A DNA stretch of 64,000 bases, taken from Propionigenium maris DSM 9537. Lineage in GTDB: Bacteria > Fusobacteriota > Fusobacteriia > Fusobacteriales > Fusobacteriaceae. A model generated the notes under the pieces. The model saw nothing but the letters and a program-made list of their open reading frames with translations, made no database searches and was not told where the DNA came from. The stretch lies in NCBI RefSeq assembly GCF_027925155.1, contig NZ_BSDY01000001.1, forward strand, positions 58,822-122,821, in the 5' to 3' direction. This document shows, piece after piece, positions 28,658 to 37,809 of the stretch (position 1 is its first letter; every line of letters starts with the position of its first letter). The translations under genes and the position numbers were made by a program.

Positions 28658-29225
28658 ACCCGCAGATTCTTAGAAAGTTCTTCATTATCAGTAGTCCGTC
28701 CTTCCCTGAGACCTCTGGGTGTGATTGAAAACCATAGATTGGTTTTTCCATGTGTTTTATTATCTCGTTTTCACAGATACTGGATTCTCCCAGCCGAATA
28801 AAGTTTCTAGGGAGTTCAGCCACATAGTAGCTGTGCCTTCTTGCGAAGTATACCTCGGATTTATTCAGATCTCTGAAGATGGGATCCTCTGGTTCTATTA
28901 TAGATATCTTTTCCTTTCTTCTCTGGGGCTCCTCCAACCTTTTTATCCTGCCCATATTGGCAGCTGCAATTATCTCGTGCCCCAGACAAAGTCCAAGGAT
29001 GGGTACATCAAAGTTTGCCAGCGCCACAAAATTTGTTGTGAGGTTCAGGGGCTCATAGGGACTTCCCTTTCCTCCAGAGAGGATAATCCCCTTTATTTCT
29101 GCCTTAGCAGACAGATTAAGGGGTTGATTGTGGTCAAAAAAGATATAATCAAAATTCTGTTCAGATAAAAAATCTCTTTTAAATTTTTTAATAAAGCTGC
29201 TTTGATTGTCTATAATTAAAAGCAT
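28647..29225 (-). CDS. class I glutamine amidotransferase (PabA/TrpG-like, standalone)
   Basis: 192 aa with the catalytic Cys in GLCLGHE and His-Glu in FQSHPEV. Confidence 0.75.
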   Translation of the reverse strand: MLLIIDNQSSFIKKFKRDFLSEQNFDYIFFDHNQPLNLSAKAEIKGIILSGGKGSPYEPLNLTTNFVALANFDVPILGLCLGHEIIAAANMGRIKRLEEPQRRKEKISIIEPEDPIFRDLNKSEVYFARRHSYYVAELPRNFIRLGESSICENEIIKHMEKPIYGFQSHPEVSGKDGLLIMKNFLRICGFDL

Positions 29226-29767
29226 AGCTTCCTCCTTTTGCAGTAAGGGCTGAATTAAAAAAATATAGTTTCTTCCTCTTTATGTTATAGCAGGAAAATA
29301 ATCATATCCTTTTGCAGAAAGTTTTCCTAAAATGGGTTTTACGATCCTATAGTTTTCACAGTATGGAAATTTCTTTTTATTGATTTTTATATGCTTCTTT
29401 ATGTTCTGTTTGCGATGTTAAACCCTTGAAAAGAAACAAACAAAAATATGGCTAGAGAATTATATTATATTTACTAAAAAAAATAAATCTATTTTATATA
29501 TATGTATACCATCTCTTTTTTATATATTTATAGATTCATAGAGTTTTCTTGAACTGTATGAAGATCACAGAAAAGACAGTTGACTTTTACAATGAAAATA
29601 AATATAATTCCTTGCTAACCTGTATCTAAAGTACTTATAAGAGTTTAAGTTGAAATAAATCAATATTTGTCTATTTACACCTTATTAGGCCAGATTAATC
29701 TATCGATCTAGCCTGGATGATTTATAACAGTAAGAGGTAAAGGAGATAAGGAGGTAGGAGTTGCTCT

Positions 29768-31063
29768 ATGAAAAGGCTGACAATTAAAGAAATTCTAAAT
29801 AAAATTAACCTATTGGAACCCTTTGAGGGAATAAGTAAGTCGGGAGGTTTTAAGATCTCAATAAAATCATACCAGCCCCTTATCTGTGCCTCTCTTCATT
29901 CTGGATGTAATTTCCAGGAGAAGCTGGACTATAAGGTGAACCTCTCCTCCTTTCAGAGGTGGCAGGAGGAGGAGCCCTATACCGATAAGTTTATCTGGGA
30001 GCTCCCTATAACAATATCCGCTTTGGACAGCAGGTTTGAGTATGATCTCAATAAAGAAAGAGAGGATTGCATCAATAAAAAGATATGGAGAAGGGAGCTC
30101 TCCTCTTGTGAAGAGAGGGAAGCCTTGAAGAAGTACGATGAATTTTATGAAGTTATCCATTTTCTTGTAGAAAAACTGGAATTTCTTTTTGACAGGGTAT
30201 TTTTCTTTGATATTCACTCATATAACTATAAAAGGAATACATCCAATACTTTACTACCTCTCTTTAATATAGGGACCCACTCTCTTGGTGAGAAGTTCAG
30301 AGGGGAGAGGGACTATCTCTTAGAGGCTTTTAAGGGAGTGGAGATAGACTGTCTTGAGAATACAACAGAGGAAAATCATGAGCTTCAGGAAGAGGGGGAG
30401 CTTGCAAGGCGTATAAACACTACTTTTAAGAAAACGGGATTATTTTCCATTGGAGTGAAGAAGGTCTACTGCAATGAAAATAGCGGAATCTACTATCAGT
30501 CTATAACAAACTCTCTGAAGAAGGCCTTCAACCATTTAATTAACGATTTTATTAAAAATCATAGCAGCAACCTCTCCTATAATATTCTTGATAACTTTAG
30601 TGATTATACCATCACAGACCATGAGAGAGAGGTTGCCAGAGGAATTGCTTTTTTAATGCAGAAAAACTACATAGACAGCAACAGGGGGGAGTATTCACCA
30701 GAGGAGATAAACCATCTCATCTCCAATAAAAGAGAGGATGTTATCCTAGGAAGGTTAAGGGAAGCTTATATAGTATATGTTTCCCACGGGGAAAAGATAG
30801 TTGCCTGCGGAGCTCTAATGAAAAAGGGAGACAGGCTGGAAGCCAAGATGCTCAATGTAGATGTGAAGTATAGAGGGATGGGACTGGCACAGAAGATATG
30901 TGATATAAGAGAGGATTTTGCTAGAAAGACAGGTTATAAAAGAATCTATATAGAATCTTTAAAGTTTCAGAAAACTCTGAAATTTCACAGGAAAAGAGGG
31001 TTTTATCAGGTTGAGGCTCCGAGAGAGTTAAAGTATTCCCTATATATGTGTAAAGACCTTTAG
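29768..31063 (+). CDS. fusion protein: uncharacterised hydrolase-like N-terminal domain (possibly FGase / zinc-carboxypeptidase-like) + C-terminal GNAT acetyltransferase
   Basis: 431 aa. The last ~100 aa are GNAT (IVYVSHGEKIVACGAL...YRGMGLAQKI...RIYIES). The N-terminal LHSG / FDIHS / GTHSLGE motifs may be metal ligands. It is divergent from the GATase operon. Confidence 0.5.
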   Translation: MKRLTIKEILNKINLLEPFEGISKSGGFKISIKSYQPLICASLHSGCNFQEKLDYKVNLSSFQRWQEEEPYTDKFIWELPITISALDSRFEYDLNKEREDCINKKIWRRELSSCEEREALKKYDEFYEVIHFLVEKLEFLFDRVFFFDIHSYNYKRNTSNTLLPLFNIGTHSLGEKFRGERDYLLEAFKGVEIDCLENTTEENHELQEEGELARRINTTFKKTGLFSIGVKKVYCNENSGIYYQSITNSLKKAFNHLINDFIKNHSSNLSYNILDNFSDYTITDHEREVARGIAFLMQKNYIDSNRGEYSPEEINHLISNKREDVILGRLREAYIVYVSHGEKIVACGALMKKGDRLEAKMLNVDVKYRGMGLAQKICDIREDFARKTGYKRIYIESLKFQKTLKFHRKRGFYQVEAPRELKYSLYMCKDL

Positions 31064-31147
31064 GTTCCCTCGTAAACTTCCTTAAAATCTTATTAGGGAG
31101 AGGTTACACTGTAAGGTAAAAAAGATAGTATTTATTAGTTCCACACT

Positions 31148-31178
31148 AAGTCCGCTTATTTAGCGGGCTTTTTTATTT
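31148..31178 (+). terminator. intrinsic terminator after the FGase-like::GNAT gene
   Basis: AGTCCGCTTATTTAGCGGGCTTTTTTATTTTTT is a near-copy of the terminator at 26349-26380. Confidence 0.55.
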
Positions 31179-31335
31179 TTTACATCTTTAATTAACCTAT
31201 CCGTTATTATCTATTGAATTATACTTTAATAGGAATTTAACAGGGTATATTGTAAAAAACTATGAGAGACAAAATGAAGTTAAGGGGAAGTTCTAAGAAT
31301 AGACGATGATTAAATGTTAGTGAGGTGATTTTAGA

Positions 31336-31524
31336 GTGAAGGAAAGGATGGATAGGATAGAAGATCTTATAGGAAGGATAAAGATTCTCTGTGAAAGATA
31401 TGAGGCAGAGGAGGGGGAACTCATAAGAAATATAGTTAAGGGGATTGAGCTGGAGGAGAAGCTGGACAAGGTGGAGGAACTGCTCAGGGAGATAGAGGGG
31501 GAGTTGAAGAACAGAGAGGAGTAG
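31336..31524 (+). CDS. small acidic coiled-coil protein
   Basis: 62 aa with heptad-like E/K/L repeats. It ends 31 nt upstream of the SPFH gene, after RBS GAAGGAAAGG. Confidence 0.35.
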   Translation: MKERMDRIEDLIGRIKILCERYEAEEGELIRNIVKGIELEEKLDKVEELLREIEGELKNREE

Positions 31525-31555
31525 AGCTTTTATAGGGTTTAAAAGGGAGGAAACT

Positions 31556-32446
31556 ATGAAGATTAAGTATTTCCCCATATATTGGGTAAGACAGTATGAG
31601 AGAGGAGTTGTGGAGCTCTTTGGTAAGTACAGGCGTTTTGCCGAGCCTGGATTCCATGTGCAGTTTCCTATCTTTGAGATTACCAGGGTAAGGGATGTGA
31701 GGGAGCATACGATGGATATCTCTCCTCAGAATGTCATTACCAAGGACAATGTAGAGATAAATGTAGATGGTATCATCTGGGCCAGACCCATCTATACTGA
31801 GGAGGAGATCAAGAAGACTTTCTATAATATAGATAACTGGAAGGTAGCTGTAATGAAGCTGGCTCAGACCAACCTGAGACAGGAGTTTGGACAGCTTACC
31901 TTGGATGAGAGTCTTATTGCCAGGGGAAAGATAGCCCAGGACCTTCAGATAGCCCTGGACAGGATAGCGGAGGAGTGGGGGATCACCATAACCAAGGTGG
32001 AGATAAAGGTGATAGATCCCCCTGCAGATATCAAACAGGCTATGCACAAGCAAAAGACAGCAGAGCAGGACAGGAGAGCTATGCGTCTTCTGGCCACAGG
32101 TAGATTTGAAGCTGCGGAACAGGATAAGCTGGCTTTAATTCAGATAGCTGAGGGTAAGAGGGAGGCTAAGATAAAGGTTGCTGAGGGACAGGCTCAGGCA
32201 ATAAAGCTTGTCAATGAGGCGGCAAGGAAGTATTTTGTGGGAAATGCCAAGGATTTAAAGAGGCTGGAAGTGGTGGAGGAATCCCTTAAGGATAACTCCA
32301 AGATAGTCCTCACCAAGGAGGGGATAACTCCAAATATCATCCTTGGTGAGTTGCCAGTAAGGGAGAGAGAGGAGGAAGATGAGATAGAACTACCAAAGAG
32401 GAAGATGCAGGATGAGATATCCAGAAAATATGATTTGGAGATCTAG
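31556..32446 (+). CDS. SPFH/band-7 (stomatin/prohibitin-like) domain protein lacking an N-terminal TM anchor
   Basis: 296 aa. The SPFH core is ITKDNVEINVDGIIWARP..., followed by a coiled-coil A/E/K-rich tail. No hydrophobic N-terminal helix is present. Confidence 0.75.
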   Translation: MKIKYFPIYWVRQYERGVVELFGKYRRFAEPGFHVQFPIFEITRVRDVREHTMDISPQNVITKDNVEINVDGIIWARPIYTEEEIKKTFYNIDNWKVAVMKLAQTNLRQEFGQLTLDESLIARGKIAQDLQIALDRIAEEWGITITKVEIKVIDPPADIKQAMHKQKTAEQDRRAMRLLATGRFEAAEQDKLALIQIAEGKREAKIKVAEGQAQAIKLVNEAARKYFVGNAKDLKRLEVVEESLKDNSKIVLTKEGITPNIILGELPVREREEEDEIELPKRKMQDEISRKYDLEI

Positions 32447-32568
32447 ATAAAGTTTTTAGTAGATCATTAGATATGAAAAAAGGGCTACGAATGCCTTTTT
32501 TATTGGAATGTCACAGAAAACACACATTGGAGTGGTAGAATAATGTATCTTATTTTTAGGAGGTACAT

Positions 32569-32916
32569 ATGTCAAAGAAATTAACTATGACGATGCTGGT
32601 GCTGCTTATTGTTTCCATAACAAGTTTCAGTAGTCCGAGAGAGTTGGATAATAGAGTGATGGATTACACAACAAGATTAGAACTTACAGAGGAACAGGTG
32701 GATGAGATAAAACCCATCTTAGAGGAGGCTTCAAAGGAGAGAAAGGGGATTCTGGAGCAGATTAAGAGAAGCAGCAGGAAGAGTGAACAGAGAAGGTTAG
32801 CCAAGGACTTAAAGAGAGTAGAGAAGGGAATTGATACCCAGCTGGCTGAGGTACTAACTGAGGAGCAGTCTGCAGAATGGAACAGGATCAAGGAGGAAGT
32901 TAAGGAGAAAGCTTAG
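32569..32916 (+). CDS. periplasmic Spy/CpxP-like (LTxxQ motif) protein
   Basis: 115 aa with a signal peptide and two LTEEQ motifs (LTEEQVDEIKPILEE, LTEEQSAEWNRIKEE). Confidence 0.55.
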   Translation: MSKKLTMTMLVLLIVSITSFSSPRELDNRVMDYTTRLELTEEQVDEIKPILEEASKERKGILEQIKRSSRKSEQRRLAKDLKRVEKGIDTQLAEVLTEEQSAEWNRIKEEVKEKA

Positions 32917-32950
32917 TTTAGGTTTTAAGTAAGATAAATAGCAGTAAAAT

Positions 32951-32990
32951 AAAAGGAACTCCAGGTTATTAGACCTGGAGTTCCTTTTTT
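32951..32990. terminator. bidirectional intrinsic terminator
   Basis: A perfect 12-bp stem GGAACTCCAGGT-tattag-ACCTGGAGTTCC is flanked by AAAA and TTTTTT runs. Confidence 0.7.
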
Positions 32991-33021
32991 ATTCTAATTA
33001 TTGTTTTATTAGATAACCACT

Positions 33022-34371
33022 TTAAGCAGTAGCTTTCTCCTCTCTTCCTCTGCCAAGGGAGAGAATAAATGGAAGGGCAACTAATGCTCCCACCACAATG
33101 AAAACAACTACAGGAGATATCCTAGCAGCATTTCCAAGGGTGATTCCTACAACTCCAAAATCAGCATCTCCAAAGGTAGTTCCTTCAAATCCAAGGGATG
33201 AAAGCATTGGCAGAAGTATCGCCGGAAGGAAACTTATAAGAAGTCCGTGTACAAAGGAACCTATAATAGCTCCCCTTCTTCCTCCAGTGGCGTTTCCATA
33301 TACTCCGGCAGTGGCCCCACAGAAGAAGTGAGGGATAAGTCCCGGTACTATAATACTAAGTCCCACCATTGGAAGGATGAAGATGGATATAATTCCAGCA
33401 ACAAAGCTAGAGAGAAAACCTATGATTACAGCATTGGGTGCAAATGGGAATACTGCTGGACAGTCAAGGGCCGGTTTGGCATTTGGCACTATCTTGTCTG
33501 CAATTCCCTTAAAGGCAGGAACGATCTCAGCAATTAGCATTCTAACTCCAGCAAGGACGATATATACCCCTGCAGCAAACTCAATGGCCTGAGTAAAGGA
33601 GTAAACTAAGAAGTTGCTTCCTCCAGAGAGGCTAGTCTCTATAAACTCCTTCCCTGCAAATATTGACACTATGAAGTAAAGTATAGTCATAGTAAGGGAG
33701 ATAGATACTGAGGTGTCCCTTAAAAATGAAAGCTTCTGAGGAACTTTTATAGTCTCGGTGGAGGTAGACTTATCTCCTACCAGTCTACCAATTCCTCCAG
33801 CTACCAGATAACCAAAGGATCCAAAGTGACCAAGAGCCAGGTCATCACTTCCAGTAACCTCCTTTGTAGATTTCTGAAGCATAGCAGGTGAAAGCACCAT
33901 AAGAGTTCCCAGAGTAACGGATCCTAAGACTACAAGGGAAATTCCACTCATGCCTCCAACTGAAAGAATGGCAGAGATAAGACACGCCATAAACAGTGTA
34001 TGGTGTCCAGTCAGGAAGATATACTTAAATCTGGTATATCTTGCAATAACTATATTTACAACCATTCCCAGTAGCATTATAAGGGCCGTCTCTCTTCCCA
34101 AAGTTTTTTGTGCAAGGGCAACTACAGCTTCATTGTTTGGAATAACTCCCTGTATCCCAAAGGCATGGTCAAACATTGTACCAAAGGCTCCAAGGGATTT
34201 AACTATAACTCCCGCTCCCGCTCCAAGAATAATAAATCCCATAATTGTCTTAAGTGTACCTGAAATAATTTCACTGATACCCTTCCTTTGAATAAGAAGA
34301 CCTATCAAAGCAAAACACCCAATAAGTATAGCAGGGTTTCCCAATATATCTCTCATTATTATATCTAACAT
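33022..34371 (-). CDS. ulaA: PTS ascorbate-family EIIC component
   Basis: 449 aa, UlaA/SgaT-like. Confidence 0.8.
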   Translation of the reverse strand: MLDIIMRDILGNPAILIGCFALIGLLIQRKGISEIISGTLKTIMGFIILGAGAGVIVKSLGAFGTMFDHAFGIQGVIPNNEAVVALAQKTLGRETALIMLLGMVVNIVIARYTRFKYIFLTGHHTLFMACLISAILSVGGMSGISLVVLGSVTLGTLMVLSPAMLQKSTKEVTGSDDLALGHFGSFGYLVAGGIGRLVGDKSTSTETIKVPQKLSFLRDTSVSISLTMTILYFIVSIFAGKEFIETSLSGGSNFLVYSFTQAIEFAAGVYIVLAGVRMLIAEIVPAFKGIADKIVPNAKPALDCPAVFPFAPNAVIIGFLSSFVAGIISIFILPMVGLSIIVPGLIPHFFCGATAGVYGNATGGRRGAIIGSFVHGLLISFLPAILLPMLSSLGFEGTTFGDADFGVVGITLGNAARISPVVVFIVVGALVALPFILSLGRGREEKATA

Positions 34372-34404
34372 AACTTCCTCCCAATTAAATATTGTTGTTA
34401 ATAA

Positions 34405-34668
34405 TTAAAGGTTTGCTGAAAGCTTCTCCTTGATCTCGGTAATATTCATAATATTTTCTAACCCTATTACCTTAGACCCCTCCTTAGTGAAGTTATCCAT
34501 AATATCCTTAGCCCCTATATAGATATCTGCATCCATAGTTCTACCAGTTGTAAGATCTGTATGACTTACATTGGCATCTACTCCCAGCTCAGTAAGAGCC
34601 TTCTTAACATTGATCTCCATCATAAAGCTGCTTCCCAATCCGTTACCACACATTACAAGTATTTTCAT
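34405..34668 (-). CDS. ulaB: PTS ascorbate-family EIIB component
   Basis: 87 aa with MKILVMCGNGLGSS and the phospho-Cys motif. Confidence 0.8.
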   Translation of the reverse strand: MKILVMCGNGLGSSFMMEINVKKALTELGVDANVSHTDLTTGRTMDADIYIGAKDIMDNFTKEGSKVIGLENIMNITEIKEKLSANL

Positions 34669-34681
34669 TTAAATCTCCCCC

Positions 34682-35110
34682 TTATATAATTGAATATATT
34701 TCATCTGAATTTTTTGCTTCTGTTAGCATCCTTACTCTGTCCTCGCACTCAAGGAGGTCTGTGAGACCTACGATTGCATCCATGTGAGAGGTACTGTCCT
34801 TAGCTGCCAGGATAAAGACCAGCTTCACATCTTCCTTCCTTTCAGAGAAGGAAACCCCATCATCTATCTTTAGAAGTGACATAGATGTTTCATTTACTCC
34901 GTGCTCAGGTCTTGAGTGGGGCATAGCCACCCCAGGCATGAGTACCACATAGGGCCCCAGCTCTCTTATGTTTTGTATCATAGCTTCTACATACTTGGTT
35001 TCTATGAGTTTTTTTTCAAGCAGTGGTTTTGAAGCGCAGCTTATGGCTTCCTCCCAGCTTTCTATCTCCTTGATAACCTGGATGTTTTCTTCGAGCATTC
35101 TCTTTAACAT
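34682..35110 (-). CDS. ulaC: PTS EIIA component (mannitol/fructose/ascorbate type)
   Basis: 142 aa with the His region in GVAMPHSRPEHGV. Confidence 0.75.
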   Translation of the reverse strand: MLKRMLEENIQVIKEIESWEEAISCASKPLLEKKLIETKYVEAMIQNIRELGPYVVLMPGVAMPHSRPEHGVNETSMSLLKIDDGVSFSERKEDVKLVFILAAKDSTSHMDAIVGLTDLLECEDRVRMLTEAKNSDEIYSII

Positions 35111-35241
35111 CCCATCACCTCCCTGTTCTATGGTTAGAGTTTATCCCAGAAATTTCATTTGGGAAAGATTCTTATTTCTTCACAATCACATTACAAAAAT
35201 CGCCCAGTAAAAAGGACGGATCCACGAACCCGTCCTCTGGC

Positions 35242-37314
35242 TTACTTTAACTTGTACTTGTATATAAACTTTAATACCTCTTCTCTGTTTTTCATCTTTC
35301 TCAACTGACCTCTCAGGTTATGATCGTTTATAAGGTTCATGAGGTCCACTAGGGAATCCAGGTGCTCCTTATCATCAAGGGATGAAAAGGCAAATAGGGT
35401 ATCTACCTCCTTACCATTGGGGAAGGTCACAGCCTCCTTAAGGGTAACAAGGCTCATAGAGGTCCTTGAAATGTTGCCGCTGCTTCTGGCGTGAGGGATG
35501 GCAAGTCCCTCTGAGATAACAATGTAGGAACCATACTCCTCTACAACATCTACCATGGATTTTGTATAGCTGGCGTTTGCAGCTCCTCCCTCTACCAGAA
35601 CCTCCCCTGAAAGGAGGATGGCCTCCCTCCAGGAATCAGCCTTCTGATTTAACCTGATATTTGACAGAGGAAGAAGATCAATTATCTCAAGCTTTCTTCT
35701 CTCATAGTCATCTATAATCCTCTCCTCAAAGAGAACTTTGAAATCCCTTATTAGCCCCTCACGATCTATAATATCCGTTCTGGCAGAAACCACCTCCATA
35801 AGATCCGACAGGAGAACCTTCTTTCTGGATTTTGGAAGAGCATACTTGTCCAGGGTATGTATATCCTGGGGGCTGAGGATTGCTCCCACCTTGACAATGG
35901 CCTTGGAGATACCTGGAATATCCAGAGTGGTGATCACAAGATCGACCTCCTTCTCCTTTAAGGTCTTTTCCAGCTGGTGTCTGGGAATAATATCTACCAC
36001 ATTTACAGAGTAGATATCCTTAATCTGCTGGGCCAGCAGCTTGGAGCTCCCATACCCCAGTCCGCATACTAGAAGGACATTTTTTATATTCTGAAGCCTG
36101 TACCTGTTTCTGTCCATGGCAGCCTTAAAGTGGATGGTAAGAAAGGCCACCTCATCATCTGTAAACTTGCAGTCGATAAACCCCTCTAGTTCCTCTATGA
36201 CCTCCCTGGTAATATCAAAGAGTATGGGATAGCTCTCAGTTACCTCGTCACATATGGAGTTCTGGAGCTGTATATTATTCTTTATCCTGTATATAGTTGG
36301 TTTTATGTGGTTGATAAGGCCATCTAAAAGGGTTTCATCCATGGAGATATCCACATCTACCCTGCTGTTAAACCTCTCGATGAGGTTTTTTACCATAACT
36401 TCAACCTCTACCCAGTTTTTATAGTAGGAGTGATCGAAGTTGTAGGTATGACTTCCCAAAAAGTAATCGGTAATCTTTAGGATCTCTACCTCCTGAATAT
36501 CCAGATCGAAGTTGGCTTCCAGGATACCTATTCCCTTTAAGAGCGACTGGTACTCAGAGGTATTTCTTAAAAAGTTCTCATTCTTTACCTGGGAGATACT
36601 TCTCCCCTTTTTAACTCCAAAGAGCATAACCATAACGTAAGCTGTGATGATTGTATAGGCCTCATCTGAAATGATCTTTCCCATGAGCTTTTGGGTATAG
36701 TTTATAAAGGTCTTTATATGAACAACCTCTATCTCGGAAAAGTATCCCTTAAGGACATCCAGGAGGAAGTTTTCCTTTACAGGTCCCCCCATCTCCATAT
36801 AGTTAGTAAGTTCCTTAAAGTGTTTTATAAGGATCCTGAGCTGAAGCCTTCTGATCCCCTCCTCGCTCCCGGTAAGCTCAAGTCCCACCTTTGGAAGGGT
36901 ACGAAGTCCCACTTTCTCCTCCTTTAAAAGCTCCTTAACTACCTTCAGGTCTCCCTTGATGGTAGTACGGCTCACATCCACCTCCTCAGAGATCTTTTTT
37001 AGGGAGATAACCCTTTCAAATAACGCCCTTATAAGAAGGTAGTCCACTCTCTCCTGGGGACCAAGAAAACGATTGATGTAGATCTCCTTGAGATAGGCCT
37101 CTACACCTTCCCAACCCTCAAGGAGGATTCTTCCCCCGAACTCCCTTTTGAGCGGTCCCAGACTATTTTCCTTGAGGTAGTCCCCTATCTTTTCAAGGTC
37201 ATATCTGATAGACCTCTCGCTTATATCTATAGTGGAAGCCAGACTCTTTATATCTATGCTTCCTCCTTCCTCAACTATCTTATTTAATATGCTTAAGCTT
37301 CTGCTGCTTAACAT
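35242..37314 (-). CDS. PRD-containing transcriptional regulator (MtlR/LicR-type with PTS EIIB/EIIA-like domains)
   Basis: 690 aa with an N-terminal HTH, PRD modules, an EIIB-like CGLGYGSS and a C-terminal EIIA-like GLAIPHARS. Confidence 0.75.
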   Translation of the reverse strand: MLSSRSLSILNKIVEEGGSIDIKSLASTIDISERSIRYDLEKIGDYLKENSLGPLKREFGGRILLEGWEGVEAYLKEIYINRFLGPQERVDYLLIRALFERVISLKKISEEVDVSRTTIKGDLKVVKELLKEEKVGLRTLPKVGLELTGSEEGIRRLQLRILIKHFKELTNYMEMGGPVKENFLLDVLKGYFSEIEVVHIKTFINYTQKLMGKIISDEAYTIITAYVMVMLFGVKKGRSISQVKNENFLRNTSEYQSLLKGIGILEANFDLDIQEVEILKITDYFLGSHTYNFDHSYYKNWVEVEVMVKNLIERFNSRVDVDISMDETLLDGLINHIKPTIYRIKNNIQLQNSICDEVTESYPILFDITREVIEELEGFIDCKFTDDEVAFLTIHFKAAMDRNRYRLQNIKNVLLVCGLGYGSSKLLAQQIKDIYSVNVVDIIPRHQLEKTLKEKEVDLVITTLDIPGISKAIVKVGAILSPQDIHTLDKYALPKSRKKVLLSDLMEVVSARTDIIDREGLIRDFKVLFEERIIDDYERRKLEIIDLLPLSNIRLNQKADSWREAILLSGEVLVEGGAANASYTKSMVDVVEEYGSYIVISEGLAIPHARSSGNISRTSMSLVTLKEAVTFPNGKEVDTLFAFSSLDDKEHLDSLVDLMNLINDHNLRGQLRKMKNREEVLKFIYKYKLK

Positions 37315-37507
37315 CTCCTCACCTCTTTCCTACTATAAATTATATGAGAAAGTCTATCATCTTAAAAGGGCTTTTTTTGTTAAAATCACCTTACAATTTT
37401 TGAGGGTAGGGAAAGATAAAAAATAAAAGTAATCTGATGTTGACATCCAGTGATTTATAGAGTATCACTATATTAGAAAATAATTATATAGTGATGAAGG
37501 TGGTTGT

Positions 37508-37804
37508 ATGGAAGATTATATGGTTAAGTTGTTTAAAAGTCTGGGGCATCCAGTGAGGCTTAAGATTGTGAGGAAGCTGGGTAGAGAGAGGCTGTGTGTG
37601 TGTGAGCTCCAGGAGGATGTGGAGTTTAGTCAGTCCAATCTCTCTCAGCACCTGAAGATCTTAAGGGACTCTGGAATCCTCAGTGGGGAGAAGGAGGGAC
37701 TTAAGGTGATGTATCAGGTTAAGGACTTTAGGGTTTTGGAGATGCTGGATATGGCAGAAGGGATAGTGGAAACACATCTTAAGAGGGCCATAGAGGGGAG
37801 GTAG
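37508..37804 (+). CDS. ArsR/SmtB family transcriptional regulator
   Basis: 98 aa with LGHPVRLKIVRKL...LCVCELQ...SQSNLSQHLKIL. Confidence 0.8.
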   Translation: MEDYMVKLFKSLGHPVRLKIVRKLGRERLCVCELQEDVEFSQSNLSQHLKILRDSGILSGEKEGLKVMYQVKDFRVLEMLDMAEGIVETHLKRAIEGR

Positions 37805-37809
37805 AGGTT

